Shown: positions 19,230 to 30,430, numbered from the stretch's first letter. The stretch is 64,000 nt of DNA from an uncultured Gemmatimonadota bacterium (GCA_951812955.1 OX638340.1:2016001-2080000), one strand, 5' to 3'. A program made the numbers and translations. The notes: generated by a model not told the origin, from the letters alone.

Positions 19230-20624
19230 ATGCCTGCATCCATCGCACATAAAGTCGAGGCGACGATCCGTCGCCACGGGATGATCAAGACGGGTGACCG
19301 CGTGATCGCCGCGGTTTCCGGCGGCGCGGACTCGGTGGTCCTTCTTCACGCCCTGCACGGCCTGAGCGGCAAATTGGGCATGAAACTGGAGGTGGCTCAC
19401 CTCGACCATGGTCTCCGTGGTGAGGAAGGGCGGGAAGACGCCGTTTTCGTCGCGGAATACGCGGCGGCCCTGGGCCTTCCCTGCGTCGCGGAACGGGCGG
19501 ACGTCGCCGCCTACTGCCGAAAGACGGGTTGTTCCATCGAGCAGGGGGCGCGCAAGGCAAGGTACGGATTCCTGCGAAGGGTGCTCCTTGAAAAGGACGC
19601 GGATTCCGTGGCGACCGGACATACGGCGGACGACCAGGCCGAGACGGTGCTGATGCGCCTCCTTCGCGGCAGCGGCAGTTCGGGTCTTTCCGCCATCAGG
19701 CCGGTCAGAGACGGCTGGATCATCCGGCCGATGCTGGACGTCACCTCCGACGAGATCGCCGACTATGCACGGAACCACGGGTTGTCCTTCCGCGTCGACC
19801 ACACCAACGCCGACCAGGATATCCTCCGCAATCGTATCCGGCACCACCTGGTGCCCATGCTGCGACGGGAATACAATCCCAGGATCGTGCAGGGCCTCGG
19901 ACGGCTTGCCGACACGATTCGTTGTGAGGCGGAATATCTCGACGCAAGGGCGTCGGCCTTCCTCGCCGATCATGCGCACGCCACGGACGGGAACATCCTT
20001 TGCATGGACCTTCGTGCCTGGCCGGACGCGGCACCCGCCGTACAGCGGGTACTGATCCGGCACCTGGTCAGGTCGGTGGGCGGCAGCGAGGAGCGTCTGA
20101 ATTTCGACCGGGTGGAAAAAACCCGCACGTGGATCGGCCGGGGCGCAGTCGGCCGGATCCATGAACTGCCCGGCGGGATCCGCATGGAATGCCGAAGGTC
20201 CGAACTGGTAGCCTGCCTGGGTTCCTTTGTACCGTTCCGGCGGGACTTCGAAGTTCCCGGCCGGGTGGAAGTTCCGGCATCGAACCTGTCGATCCGCATC
20301 GAAGAAGGATCGGCAACGGACGCGCCGGCCGCGACCCCGAAGCGGGCGGTGTTCGACGCCGAGGCCGTGCCGAGACAGTGGACTGTGCGTTCGCGCGAAC
20401 CGGGAGACCGCATGTCGCCCTACGGCCTGGCGGGTCACAAGTCGCTGAAGAAACTTTTCAACGAATGGGATGTGCCCAGGCTGCTTCGCAACCGCATCCC
20501 GGTGGTTACTGGAGGCGACCGCGTGTTGTGGGTAGCCGGTCACCGGCAGAGCAATGAGGGTATGGTTACCGGGAATACCCGCCGCGTAATGGTCGCCGAA
20601 CTGATGGCGAATAACCCGGACTGA
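19230..20624 (+). CDS. tilS: tRNA(Ile)-lysidine synthetase
   Basis: PP-loop motif AAVSGGADSVVLLHAL at the N-terminus; 464 aa. Followed by hpt and ftsH, the conserved tilS-hpt-ftsH arrangement. Confidence 0.85.
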   Translation: MPASIAHKVEATIRRHGMIKTGDRVIAAVSGGADSVVLLHALHGLSGKLGMKLEVAHLDHGLRGEEGREDAVFVAEYAAALGLPCVAERADVAAYCRKTGCSIEQGARKARYGFLRRVLLEKDADSVATGHTADDQAETVLMRLLRGSGSSGLSAIRPVRDGWIIRPMLDVTSDEIADYARNHGLSFRVDHTNADQDILRNRIRHHLVPMLRREYNPRIVQGLGRLADTIRCEAEYLDARASAFLADHAHATDGNILCMDLRAWPDAAPAVQRVLIRHLVRSVGGSEERLNFDRVEKTRTWIGRGAVGRIHELPGGIRMECRRSELVACLGSFVPFRRDFEVPGRVEVPASNLSIRIEEGSATDAPAATPKRAVFDAEAVPRQWTVRSREPGDRMSPYGLAGHKSLKKLFNEWDVPRLLRNRIPVVTGGDRVLWVAGHRQSNEGMVTGNTRRVMVAELMANNPD

Positions 20625-20712
20625 AGGCGGAAGACTCAGGCCGGCGCCCATGGTGTCGATGACGGACGCGTTGAACTGAAGGCGAAGTGACCGCACCGGC
20701 CGGCGGACCAGG

Positions 20713-21240
20713 TTGGAATCCAATATGAAGATCCTGCTCACCGAAGAACAGATCGCGGAGAAGGTAAGAAGCCTCGGGGCGCAACTGTCGGGCGACTACA
20801 GGGGGAAAAACCCTGTGCTCATAGGCTGTCTCAAGGGTTGCGTGGTCTTCCTGGCCGACCTGATGCGGCAAATCACGATACCTCACTCCATCGACTTCGT
20901 ACGCACTTCATCCTACGGAAAGGGGCGGGTTTCCACGGGTACCGTACGGTCCGAAATGTTCGATTTGAATGTCCGCGGAAGACACGCTGTGATCGTCGAG
21001 GACATCGTTGACACGGGGCTGACGCTGGGCTATCTTACAGATGCGTTGACCAGGCAGGAACCCTTGTCCCTGAAGGTTTGCGCCTTGCTGGTCAAACCGG
21101 AGGCTTACCTGGCGCCCGTGACGATTGATTACAAGGGGTTCGACATACCGGGCGATTTCGTCGTAGGGTACGGTCTCGACTGGGGGGAAAGATACCGGGA
21201 CCTGCCGCACGTCGCCGTGGTCGATGAACAGGATGCCTGA
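20713..21240 (+). CDS. hpt: Hypoxanthine-guanine phosphoribosyltransferase
   Basis: PRPP-binding motif [13 protein letters not shown]; 175 aa; conserved position after tilS. Confidence 0.85.
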   Translation: MESNMKILLTEEQIAEKVRSLGAQLSGDYRGKNPVLIGCLKGCVVFLADLMRQITIPHSIDFVRTSSYGKGRVSTGTVRSEMFDLNVRGRHAVIVEDIVDTGLTLGYLTDALTRQEPLSLKVCALLVKPEAYLAPVTIDYKGFDIPGDFVVGYGLDWGERYRDLPHVAVVDEQDA

Positions 21241-21384
21241 GCGTGGGGGCATGCGGGGTGTGAAACGCCTTGCATATTCTCACGCTTATTTCTTGGTTTC
21301 CGAAATGGAGACGGCGTACCGGCACCCGGGCCTGGCGGACGGAACCGTACGATACGGTCAAGCGCACAGGACGGACAGGATCGA

Positions 21385-23430
21385 ATGACGAAGACCAGAC
21401 AGCGAAACGAGAAGCAGCGGGACCGGCGGTCCGCCGTACCCCGCCAGGGCCGCGGCAACCGGCAGCACGCGCCGCGCCGGACCCGGACGATCGTCATGTG
21501 GGTGCTCCTGGCCCTGCTGTCGGTGGTGCTGGTCCAGTTCTTCAGCCGGAATCGTTCCGACGGGCTGGAAATCGGATACTCCACGTTCCGGAACCACCTG
21601 GCCAATGGGAACGTCCTGAACGTGACGATGCTCGAAAAGACCATCGTCGGCGAATTCAGAAACGGAGTCAGTACCCCGGTCGCCGGCAACCGGGAATCCC
21701 TCGAGACACGGTTCAAAGTCGAGATTCCCTTCGAAGACCCCGACCTGGTCGACGAACTGGTGCGACAGAACGTAACGATTACCGCCCGTCCGAAGTCGGC
21801 CCCGTGGTACACCCACCTGTTGACCTGGCTGCCGCTGTTCCTCATTATCGGCCTGTGGATCCTCATCTTCCGCCGGATGCAGGGCGGGCAGAAGGGGCTC
21901 TTTTCCATGGGCAAGAGCCAGGCCAGGCTCACCAGCGAGCGGGAGGGCGTAAAGTTCGGCGAAGTGGCCGGCGTCGAAGAGGCGAAGCGCGACCTCCGGG
22001 AAGTCGTGGAGTTCCTCAAGCATCCCGACAAGTTCAGGCGGTTCGGCGCACGCCTGCCGAAAGGCGTACTCCTGCTGGGACCGCCGGGTACGGGCAAGAC
22101 CCTCCTGGCACGCGCGGTCGCCGGTGAAGCGGGCGTACCGTTCTTCACCATGAGCGGCGCTGATTTCATGGAGATGTTCGTCGGAGTCGGCGCCTCCCGG
22201 GTGCGGGATCTGTTCAAGCAGGCCAAGGAAAACGCCCCGTGCATCATCTTCATCGACGAACTTGACGCCGTGGGCCGTCACCGCGGCGCGGGCCTGGGCG
22301 GGGGCCACGACGAACGGGAGCAGACCCTGAACCAGATGCTCGTGGAAATGGACGGTTTCGAACCCAACAGCGGGGTGGTCCTGATCGCCGCCACGAACCG
22401 GCCCGATGTGTTGGACCCGGCGCTGCTCCGTCCCGGACGGTTCGACCGGCACGTCACCGTGGACCGCCCGGACGTCAATGGGCGCGAGCAGATCCTGGAC
22501 ATCAAGGCCAGGGACAAGCCCCTGGCGGATTGTGTTGATTTGAAGACCATGGCCAGGCTTACGCCGGGCATGTCGGGCGCGGACCTGGAAAACATCGTAA
22601 ACGAGGCGGCCCTGCTTGCCGCGAGGGAAGATCACAAGCAAATCACCATGAAGGATCTCGAACGTTCCAGGGATCGCTTCGTCATGGGTTCGGAACACCA
22701 GTTGATCATGTCGGAGGAAGAACGCAGAACCGTCGCGTACCACGAAAGCGGCCACGCCGTGACCGCCGCACTGATCCCGGAGGTCGACTCCCCGCACTGC
22801 GTCACCATCATTCCTCGTGGACAAGCGCTGGGGACTACCTACTCCATTCCCGAGGAAGACCAGTATCTGTATTCGGAAGCCTGGTGCCGGGGGCAGATCG
22901 CCTGCCTGCTGGCCGGACAGGTCGCCGAACGCATCGGGGTCGGCGACACGTTCAACGGGGCCGGAGACGACATAAAGCGCGCCACGGTACTGGCGCGCCA
23001 CATGGTCTGCGGCTGGGGGATGGGCGAACTGGGGCCCCTTGCCCTTGGCAACCCTGAAGGGGAGGTCTTCCTGGGCCGGGAGCTCACCCGGAAACGGGAT
23101 TACAGCAACAGGACGGCCGTGAAGGTCGATGAGGAAATAAGGAAAATCATGGATGCCTGCCGGCAGCGTGCGGAAGCCATCCTTTCGAAACGGGAGGACG
23201 CCCTGCACCGGATGGCCGAGGCCCTCCTCGAGCATGAAACGCTGGACCGGAACCAGATGGAGAGGGTGATCGAAGGGAAACCGCTGGATTCGACCGTGAA
23301 GCGTGAAGTCATACCACGGCAGGACGCCGGGGATGAAACCGTAATTAAAGAGGAGGCACAGACCGACGATGCCGAAACGCCAGCTCACGCGCCGTTCAAA
23401 GAACCTCCTCTGGCCGCCCCGGGAGTCTGA
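21385..23430 (+). CDS. ftsH: ATP-dependent zinc metalloprotease FtsH
   Basis: N-terminal TM helix, AAA+ Walker [24 protein letters not shown], zinc-binding HESGHA motif. Confidence 0.9.
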   Translation: MTKTRQRNEKQRDRRSAVPRQGRGNRQHAPRRTRTIVMWVLLALLSVVLVQFFSRNRSDGLEIGYSTFRNHLANGNVLNVTMLEKTIVGEFRNGVSTPVAGNRESLETRFKVEIPFEDPDLVDELVRQNVTITARPKSAPWYTHLLTWLPLFLIIGLWILIFRRMQGGQKGLFSMGKSQARLTSEREGVKFGEVAGVEEAKRDLREVVEFLKHPDKFRRFGARLPKGVLLLGPPGTGKTLLARAVAGEAGVPFFTMSGADFMEMFVGVGASRVRDLFKQAKENAPCIIFIDELDAVGRHRGAGLGGGHDEREQTLNQMLVEMDGFEPNSGVVLIAATNRPDVLDPALLRPGRFDRHVTVDRPDVNGREQILDIKARDKPLADCVDLKTMARLTPGMSGADLENIVNEAALLAAREDHKQITMKDLERSRDRFVMGSEHQLIMSEEERRTVAYHESGHAVTAALIPEVDSPHCVTIIPRGQALGTTYSIPEEDQYLYSEAWCRGQIACLLAGQVAERIGVGDTFNGAGDDIKRATVLARHMVCGWGMGELGPLALGNPEGEVFLGRELTRKRDYSNRTAVKVDEEIRKIMDACRQRAEAILSKREDALHRMAEALLEHETLDRNQMERVIEGKPLDSTVKREVIPRQDAGDETVIKEEAQTDDAETPAHAPFKEPPLAAPGV

Positions 23431-23432
23431 CC

Positions 23433-24287
23433 GTGCCTGACGAACTGGTCGTCGAAGGCGACGGGTTCCAGTGGGATTGCTCGAAACGCACGCGGATCAT
23501 GGGGGTCCTGAACGTGACGCCGGATTCCTTCTATGACGGCGGTCGCTACTGGGACCCGTATACTGCGGTGCGACACGGCCAGCGATTGGCCGAGGAAGGC
23601 GCGGACATCATTGACGTCGGCGGCGAATCCACGCGGCCGGGCGCGGAGCCGGTCGAGCTGGAGGAGGAACTGCGCAGGGTCGTCCCCGTCATCGAACGGC
23701 TGAAGGACCGGACCGGGCAGCCGGTGTCCATCGATACCCGGAAAGCCGAAGTAGCCCGCAGGGCCATCTGCGCCGGGGCCCGGATGGTAAACGACGTCAG
23801 CGGGATGACGGCCGATCCTGAAATGGTCGGGACGATTGCCTCCGCCGGAGTACCCGTAGTGATTATGCACACGGCGGGCAACCCTTCGGACATGCAACGG
23901 AATCCCGGCTACCGGGATACCGTCGGCGAAGTCATCGATTGGCTGGGCGCGCGCATAGAACACGCCGTGGCGCACGGCATCCGAAGATCAAGGATCATTA
24001 TCGATCCGGGCATTGGTTTCGGCAAACGCCTCAGCGACAATCTGCTCCTGATCCAGTCTCTGGCGTCCTTTCAAAAACTGAATTGTCCCATCCTGGTCGG
24101 TCCTTCGAGGAAGTCCTTCATCGGCAGCGTACTCGACGCGGAGAAAGTCGACCGGTTGGAGGGTACGGCGGCGGCGGTCGCGCTGAGCGTAGCCAACGGC
24201 GCCAGTATCATCCGGGTCCACGACGTCATGGAAATGCGACGAGTGGTCCGCATGGCCGACGCGATCTGCAGGGCGCGACAGGAATAA
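23433..24287 (+). CDS. folP: Dihydropteroate synthase
   Basis: Pterin-binding motifs (GVLNVTPDSFYDGG, DIIDVGGESTRPGA); directly downstream of ftsH, as in many bacteria. Confidence 0.85.
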   Translation: MPDELVVEGDGFQWDCSKRTRIMGVLNVTPDSFYDGGRYWDPYTAVRHGQRLAEEGADIIDVGGESTRPGAEPVELEEELRRVVPVIERLKDRTGQPVSIDTRKAEVARRAICAGARMVNDVSGMTADPEMVGTIASAGVPVVIMHTAGNPSDMQRNPGYRDTVGEVIDWLGARIEHAVAHGIRRSRIIIDPGIGFGKRLSDNLLLIQSLASFQKLNCPILVGPSRKSFIGSVLDAEKVDRLEGTAAAVALSVANGASIIRVHDVMEMRRVVRMADAICRARQE

Positions 24288-24321
24288 GGCGTTCCCCAAA
24301 ACAGGTATCCATCTAACCACC

Positions 24322-25239
24322 ATGATCATGAATATCGTTATCCTGGGTTCCGGAGGCGCCATTCCAACCCTGAAGCGAAACCTGCCCTCCGTCGCCGTAC
24401 AGTGCGAAGGGCGCGTTTTCCTTTTCGACTGCGGCGAGGGTACCCAGACGCAGATGGTCCGTGCAAAGCTGCCCCTGAGCAAGATCGAGCGGATCTATAT
24501 TTCCCACCTGCATGGCGACCATGTCATGGGCCTGCCCGGCCTGTTGATGACGATGGGACAGATACCTCGGGAACGGGCGCTCTACATCGATGGACCGCCG
24601 GGCATCTCTGACTTCGTGGAAGGCAACCGGCGATTCCTGGGCTACCAGTGCCCCTTTCCCGTTATCGTCACGGAGCACAGGGGCGGAACGGTATCGGAGG
24701 ACGACACCATTTTCGTCGACGCCGTGCCCGCGGATCATAGTTGCTTTACACTGGCCTTCGCCTTGCAGGAAAAGGAGCGCCCCGGCCAGTTTCAGGTTGA
24801 AGAAGCGAGACGACTGGGCGTACCCCCCGGACCGTTCTATGGACGGCTGCAGGCGGGCGAAACCGTTAAACTGGGGGATGGACGTCTAATCGAGCCCGGA
24901 CAGGTACTGGGTCCCACCCGGCGGGGACGGAAGATCGTGTATGCCACAGATACCCGGCCGTGCGACCAGGTAGTCTCGCTGGCCCTCGAGGCGGACGTGC
25001 TGATCCACGACGGCATGTTCAGCGACGACCTGCGGGCGCAGGCCCGCCAGAAGCACCACTCGACGGTCGTGCAGGCGGCCCGTATCGCCCGGCGAGCAAA
25101 AGTCGGCACCCTGGTGCTGACCCATATCAGTTCCCGCTACATGCAGGACGGACCGCTGGCCGCCGAGGCGCGCAAGATCTTCCCCGCCGCGCGGGTCGCG
25201 CGGGATCTCATGGAATTCAACGTGCCCATGTACAAGTGA
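24322..25239 (+). CDS. rnz: Ribonuclease Z (tRNA 3' endonuclease, metallo-beta-lactamase fold)
   Basis: HLHGDH zinc motif; 305 aa short-form RNase Z. N-terminus ILGSGGAIP. Confidence 0.8.
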   Translation: MIMNIVILGSGGAIPTLKRNLPSVAVQCEGRVFLFDCGEGTQTQMVRAKLPLSKIERIYISHLHGDHVMGLPGLLMTMGQIPRERALYIDGPPGISDFVEGNRRFLGYQCPFPVIVTEHRGGTVSEDDTIFVDAVPADHSCFTLAFALQEKERPGQFQVEEARRLGVPPGPFYGRLQAGETVKLGDGRLIEPGQVLGPTRRGRKIVYATDTRPCDQVVSLALEADVLIHDGMFSDDLRAQARQKHHSTVVQAARIARRAKVGTLVLTHISSRYMQDGPLAAEARKIFPAARVARDLMEFNVPMYK

Positions 25240-25361
25240 GGCCGGCCCGACAGGCATAGTGAGGCCGGCCCGGCAGACTATGCAATACCGCCTGAGACGC
25301 TTCCGCCCGTTACCGGGGAACCGTGCCGCCGGGACTATGCGGGATGGGTCTATTCCGCGGG

Positions 25362-26756
25362 TCAGTCCGCGGCTTTCCGCGGGACGGCTTCCCAGGCCGC
25401 CAGTCCCCCGACAAGGTCCATCACGTCCGTGAAACCGTGCCGCTTCAGTATGCTGGCCGCCATGGCGGAACGATAGCCACCGGCGCACTGGACGACCACC
25501 GTGGTGTCGGTGGGGATCTCGACCAGGCGCTCCTCGAGGTGATTCAGGGGCACGTGCAGACTGTCCGGGATGGACTTGTCCCCGCGCTCCTGCCCGGAGC
25601 GGATATCGATCACCACGGGCGGGCATTCCATTTCCAGCCTGTCTCTCAGCGCCGCCGCGGTGATGCGCTCGGTCCGGCTCAACAGATCGGGACGTTCCTC
25701 CAGCGCGTGCATGCCGCCCTCGAGATATCCCGCGATGTGGTCGAATCCGATGCGGCCCAGCCGCAGGGCGGATTCCTCCTCGGCACCGGTTTCCGTGACC
25801 AGGACGATCGGTTTGTCCCGCCTGAGCAGCGTACCCGCCCAACTGGCGTACTGTCCCCCGAGCCCGATGTTGATGCTGCCCCCCAGGTGCGCGCCCTCGT
25901 AATCCGCGGCGTCGCGCGTGTCGAGCACCTGCGCGCCGTCTCCCGCCTTGCGCAGCACATCGTCCAGCGAAAGGGGATTCAGGCCCCTTTTCAGCAGATG
26001 GTCCAGCGTATCGTGTTCCTGTGCGTTAAACGCGGCGTCGTAAGTGAAGTACGACGGCGCCTCCGGCTGGTCTGTCGTGATCAGGCGGGTAAAGGTATCC
26101 CGGTCCATCGGCTGCAGGGCGTAGTTGTATTTCTTCTGATCGCCCATGGTGGAAACCGTATCCGTACTCAGGTTCTTCCCGCACAGCGAACCGGCGCCGT
26201 GGGCGGGATAGACGAGCGTATCGTCGACGGTAGCCGGAAGCAGCTTCCCGTGAAGGGATTCGTAAAGCAGGTTGGCGAGATCGGAAGCCTTCCATCCGAG
26301 CGCGGCTCTCAGATCCGGACGGCCCACGTCGCCGATGAACAGGGTGTCCCCGGTCAGCGCGGCGTAGGGCGCGGTCTCCCCGTCGGGATCGAAGACCAGG
26401 ATGCAGACGGATTCGGGAGAATGTCCGGGCGTTTCCAGGAATTCGAGCCGGACCGTGCCGAGGTTCATGCTTTCGCCGTCCCTCATGGGCTCGAAGGCGT
26501 AGTCCGCCTCGGCCCGCGCGCCCAGGTGGATCTCGGCGCCCGTACGGTCCCTGAGTTCGAGGTGGCCAGCGGCGAAGTCCGCGTGGAAGTGGGTCAGGAA
26601 GACATGGCCGATTGTCATGTTCCGGGCTTCGGCCTCATCGATATACTGGCCGATGTCGCGCTGGGGATCCACGACCGCCGCGACGCCCGATGGTTCGTCC
26701 CCCAGAAAATAGGACGCGTGAGCCAGACATCCCAGATAGTATTGCTTAAGTATCAT
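25362..26756 (-). CDS. Persulfide dioxygenase (ETHE1-like MBL fold) fused to rhodanese domains
   Basis: N-terminal MBL motif THFHADF. C-terminal rhodanese domain with an active-site cysteine (CAGGYRS). Confidence 0.7.
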   Translation of the reverse strand: MILKQYYLGCLAHASYFLGDEPSGVAAVVDPQRDIGQYIDEAEARNMTIGHVFLTHFHADFAAGHLELRDRTGAEIHLGARAEADYAFEPMRDGESMNLGTVRLEFLETPGHSPESVCILVFDPDGETAPYAALTGDTLFIGDVGRPDLRAALGWKASDLANLLYESLHGKLLPATVDDTLVYPAHGAGSLCGKNLSTDTVSTMGDQKKYNYALQPMDRDTFTRLITTDQPEAPSYFTYDAAFNAQEHDTLDHLLKRGLNPLSLDDVLRKAGDGAQVLDTRDAADYEGAHLGGSINIGLGGQYASWAGTLLRRDKPIVLVTETGAEEESALRLGRIGFDHIAGYLEGGMHALEERPDLLSRTERITAAALRDRLEMECPPVVIDIRSGQERGDKSIPDSLHVPLNHLEERLVEIPTDTTVVVQCAGGYRSAMAASILKRHGFTDVMDLVGGLAAWEAVPRKAAD

Positions 26757-26826
26757 GTCCGCCTCCTGAATCCTCTCCCCGCCGCGGTTCGCCGTATGCC
26801 CTTGCTCCGTAGCCTTCGCACGCGTC

Positions 26827-28563
26827 CTACCGCCCGGGAATGGCCGATCCTGATTCGTCCCCTGCGATGTACATCGTGATGGAAGAGCTCATCACCTGGT
26901 CACCCCGCCACGTTCTGAATCCCGACGCGTTCGGCTCCAGCGCCGAGCCTTTCAGGTAGGGTTTCCATACCTGCGCACGCTGCCTGTGCCACAGAAACAC
27001 GCCGGCCACATCCTCCACCAGGAGCCGTTCCGCTTCCCTGTACAGGGCAATGCGTCGATCAGGGTCCCTGACCTCGGCGTCGGCCGCGGTCATCAGGCCA
27101 TCGAAGGCGGCGTTGTTCCAGTTGTGCCGGCCGTTGGACCGCCAGAGCCCGAGGAGGTTGCTCGGATCCACGAAATCGAACTCGTAGGGCACCAGGCCGA
27201 AGGTTAACGTATGGTTGTTCAGGCCGTCCATGAAGACCTTGTTCTCCACGTTGCGCACTTCGACCTCCATATTGAGGTTGCGATTCAGCATCGCCTGCAG
27301 TCCCTCGGCCGCGTCGCGGTGCATGGCAATCTCGTTGCGCAGCCACATGTCCAGTTCGGGGAGCCCGCGACCATCCGGATAACCGGCCTCCGCGAGCAGT
27401 TCCCGGGCGCGCGCCGGGTCGTACCCCTGGTCCTCGGCGTATATCCCGTCCGAATAGGCCGGAAAACCCGGGGGCAGCATGGCGTAGCCGGGTATGGCAA
27501 AGCCCCTGAGCGCGGAATTGCAAATCGCGGCCCGATCGATGGCGAGACTGATGGCCAGGCGTACTCTCCGGTCATTGAACGGTGGTTTCGTGACGTCGAA
27601 GAACAGGTAGTGGGTCCAGAAATTGGGCCAGGTATGCACCTGGTCGCTCAGGTTGTCGTCGGAAAGCAACCGGGCCAGCTCTGCCTGGTTCTCCACGTCG
27701 GTAATGTCGATTTCTCCGGCCTCATACGCCGGCAGCCGCGGGGGCGGCGTAGTCAGGTTAAACATCCTGTAGACCAGTTTTTCCAGGAAGGGTTTGTCGG
27801 CCCCGCGGTACATGGGATTGGCCTCGTAGATCATCCGTTCGCCCTTGGTCCATTCCGCCATGACGAACGGTCCCGAGGAAATACAGGTCTCCGGTCGGGT
27901 GGACCAGGTGTCACCGTGCTTCCTGACTGCGTGCTCGGGGGAAACCCAGGAATAGGTCAGCAGCAGGGGCATGTGGGGCGTGGGTTCCTCGGTGGCGACA
28001 TGCAGCGTGAGGTCGTCAGAAGCCCACACGCCGAGCGAGTCCACGGGCACTTTCCGGGCGACGACGGCCTGCCAATTCCGGATCGGCTGGTAGTACCACC
28101 CGAAGTCGTAGGCGTTTTCGGGATCGGCGCCACGGCGCAGGGAAAAGACGTAGTCGTGAGCAGTCAGCGGACGGCCGTCGCTCCATTGCTGTCCCGGACG
28201 CAGATGGAAGGTCCACACCAGTCCGTCATCGGACATCTCCCACCGTTCCGCGGCGCCGCCCCGCAACACGAAATTCCGGTTCGTGCGCGTCAACGGCTCG
28301 GCGATGATGTATTTTCCTTCCGCACCCTTATAAACCGTGCGGAACCACTCGTTGTAGGGCCGGGATTCGGAGAATTTGTACAGGACCTGCTGACCGGGAG
28401 GCAGGGCGTCAGCGGGCAACGGCACCCCGATGGAATTGACGTAACGCGGTCCGTTGTCGGGGAGGAGGGGATCGATCAGGCCGTAAGCCGACCAGATAAT
28501 CCCCGCGACGAGAAAGAAGCAAATCGAAGGACGTAGCATCGATATGCCGGTATGTTTTCGCAT
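26827..28563 (-). CDS. ABC transporter substrate-binding protein, family 5 (Dpp/Opp type)
   Basis: 578 aa with a signal peptide. Sits directly downstream (same strand) of DppC/DppB-like permeases. Confidence 0.75.
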   Translation of the reverse strand: MRKHTGISMLRPSICFFLVAGIIWSAYGLIDPLLPDNGPRYVNSIGVPLPADALPPGQQVLYKFSESRPYNEWFRTVYKGAEGKYIIAEPLTRTNRNFVLRGGAAERWEMSDDGLVWTFHLRPGQQWSDGRPLTAHDYVFSLRRGADPENAYDFGWYYQPIRNWQAVVARKVPVDSLGVWASDDLTLHVATEEPTPHMPLLLTYSWVSPEHAVRKHGDTWSTRPETCISSGPFVMAEWTKGERMIYEANPMYRGADKPFLEKLVYRMFNLTTPPPRLPAYEAGEIDITDVENQAELARLLSDDNLSDQVHTWPNFWTHYLFFDVTKPPFNDRRVRLAISLAIDRAAICNSALRGFAIPGYAMLPPGFPAYSDGIYAEDQGYDPARARELLAEAGYPDGRGLPELDMWLRNEIAMHRDAAEGLQAMLNRNLNMEVEVRNVENKVFMDGLNNHTLTFGLVPYEFDFVDPSNLLGLWRSNGRHNWNNAAFDGLMTAADAEVRDPDRRIALYREAERLLVEDVAGVFLWHRQRAQVWKPYLKGSALEPNASGFRTWRGDQVMSSSITMYIAGDESGSAIPGR

Positions 28564-28590
28564 GATGCACCTGCCATGGATCGGAATTCC

Positions 28591-29454
28591 CTACTCGTTC
28601 ATTCTCGGGTCGAGAGCGTCGCGGAGGCCGTCGCCGATGAGTGAAAATCCAAGCATGACCAGGGCGATCATGAAAACCGGGAAGAGGGCGAGATGCCAGT
28701 AGTAGATCACATTGGGCAGGTGGCTGCTGACCATCTGTCCCCAACTCGGAGTGGGCGGATTAATGCCCAGGCCGAGGAAACTCAGTCCCGCTTCTGCGAA
28801 GATGGCCTGGGGTATGCCCATGGCCAGGCCGACGATGATGGGGCTGAGTGCGTTCGGCAGCATGTGGCGCACTATGGTGTGCACGTTGGAAGCGCCCATG
28901 GACCGGGCGGCCCTGACGAAGTCGGACGCCCTAAGCGACAGGAACTGCGCGCGGACCAGGCGGCATACGCCCACCCAGCCGGTCACGCCGATGGCGAACA
29001 GCACGTTGCTCAAGCCGCTTCCCAGCCAGGCCATGATCAGGATGGCGAACAGCAGGCTGGGAAAGACCGACATGACGTCCACCAGGCGCATGACGATGAA
29101 ATCGGCTTTGCCCCCCTTGAACCCGGCGATGGCCCCGAGCGGCACCCCGATCAGCAGGGAGATCATCTGCGCGACGAATCCCACGATGAGCGAGATCCGG
29201 GCGCCGTACACGATCCGGCTGAAGTAATCCCGGCCGATGCTGTCCGTACCCATGGGGTGGGTCCAGGACGGGAACTGCCACGCCGCGTCGAAATTGGCCT
29301 CGGAATAATGGTACGGCGAGACCCACGGCGCGAAGATGGCCATGAACGAGATGACGATGATGATGACCCCCGCCACGACGGACAGCTTGTTCTTCATGTA
29401 GCGTCGCAGGGCGTCGCGCCAAAGGCCGCCTGTGGATTGAGTGATTTCCGTCAT
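28591..29454 (-). CDS. ABC transporter permease, DppC/OppC-like
   Basis: 287 aa, 6 TM helices, conserved EAA-type loop region. Adjacent to the family-5 binding protein. Confidence 0.75.
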   Translation of the reverse strand: MTEITQSTGGLWRDALRRYMKNKLSVVAGVIIIVISFMAIFAPWVSPYHYSEANFDAAWQFPSWTHPMGTDSIGRDYFSRIVYGARISLIVGFVAQMISLLIGVPLGAIAGFKGGKADFIVMRLVDVMSVFPSLLFAILIMAWLGSGLSNVLFAIGVTGWVGVCRLVRAQFLSLRASDFVRAARSMGASNVHTIVRHMLPNALSPIIVGLAMGIPQAIFAEAGLSFLGLGINPPTPSWGQMVSSHLPNVIYYWHLALFPVFMIALVMLGFSLIGDGLRDALDPRMNE

Positions 29455-29473
29455 AGTGCTGGTTTTCCGATTG

Positions 29474-30430
29474 CTAGTCTTTCGTTTTCTCCGTGGAGCG
29501 CCTTGCAGCGAGACGCTCGATGAGCAGTACGATCGCGCAGCCGGTGATGCCCAGGGCTACGGCCAGCAGGACTTCTTCCGATACCGAAGCGGGAAGGACG
29601 TTCTGCTGTATGAGGGGTTTAACCGCGCCCTGGCGGTCCGTGAACGTCTCCACCGTCTCCTTCCACGGCCAGATCTTCCGCAATGAACCGGCCATGAGGC
29701 CGATGAGGGCCGCAACGGTCAAGTCATGGTAGCGGCGCAACAGCCATCTGAGCACCCGCGCGAAAAAGATCAGTCCCAGGATTCCGCCGCACCCGAATAT
29801 GATGATGGGCAGGAAATCCCGCTCGACCACGGCATGAAGCATGTACTCGTACTTCCCCATAATGACCAGGATGAACGAACCGGAGATGCCGGGCAGGATC
29901 ATCGCGCAGATCGCGATGGTCCCGCTCAGGAACACGAACCATGCGGCCGTGGGGGTCTCGACGGGGACGGCGCCCACCAGTACGAAGGCTGCGGCCGCCG
30001 CCAGCAGCACCGCGAGTGCTTCCGTCGCGGTCCACGTGGTCACCTTCCTGCGCACGGTGAAGATCGAAGCGAGCACCAGTCCGAAGAAAAACGCCCACAC
30101 GTAGACGGGATGATGCGCGAGTGCCCACGCGAAAAATCGGGCCAGGCTGAATATGGCCACCATGATACCGGTGACGAGGGCGATCACGAACCGGTATGGG
30201 AATCTGTCGAGGGCCTCCGTGAACCGAAAGGAAACAAGCGAACGAAGGAACCTTGCGTTGACCGCGTGCACGGCGTCGAGCAGCTCTTCGTACACCCCCA
30301 GGATGAAGGCCATCGTTCCCCCGGACACTCCGGGGACGACATCGGCGACGCCCATGCAGAATCCTCGGGCGGTGATGCCCAAGTAGTCCTTGAACGTCCG
30401 TCTCGAACGCGATGAACCTTTTTCCATCAC
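29474..30430 (-). CDS. DUF368 family membrane protein
   Basis: Internally duplicated [18 protein letters not shown] and [18 protein letters not shown] motifs characteristic of DUF368. Overlaps the upstream permease by 4 nt, indicating co-transcription. Confidence 0.6.
   Translation of the reverse strand: MMEKGSSRSRRTFKDYLGITARGFCMGVADVVPGVSGGTMAFILGVYEELLDAVHAVNARFLRSLVSFRFTEALDRFPYRFVIALVTGIMVAIFSLARFFAWALAHHPVYVWAFFFGLVLASIFTVRRKVTTWTATEALAVLLAAAAAFVLVGAVPVETPTAAWFVFLSGTIAICAMILPGISGSFILVIMGKYEYMLHAVVERDFLPIIIFGCGGILGLIFFARVLRWLLRRYHDLTVAALIGLMAGSLRKIWPWKETVETFTDRQGAVKPLIQQNVLPASVSEEVLLAVALGITGCAIVLLIERLAARRSTEKTKD

Noticed and set aside
19173-20741. 522-aa ORF antisense to tilS, and similar long antisense ORFs: 21129-22253 and 21358-23388 opposite ftsH; 24886-25842; 25323-26879 opposite the PDO gene; 27211-28536 opposite the binding protein; 41652-42584 opposite SRP RNA/dnaX; 48288-49454 and 49683-51002 opposite alaS
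   Set aside because: High GC content suppresses stop codons on the antisense strand. These translations are low-complexity Arg/Pro/Gly-rich with no motifs. The sense-strand genes have clear conserved motifs and operon context.
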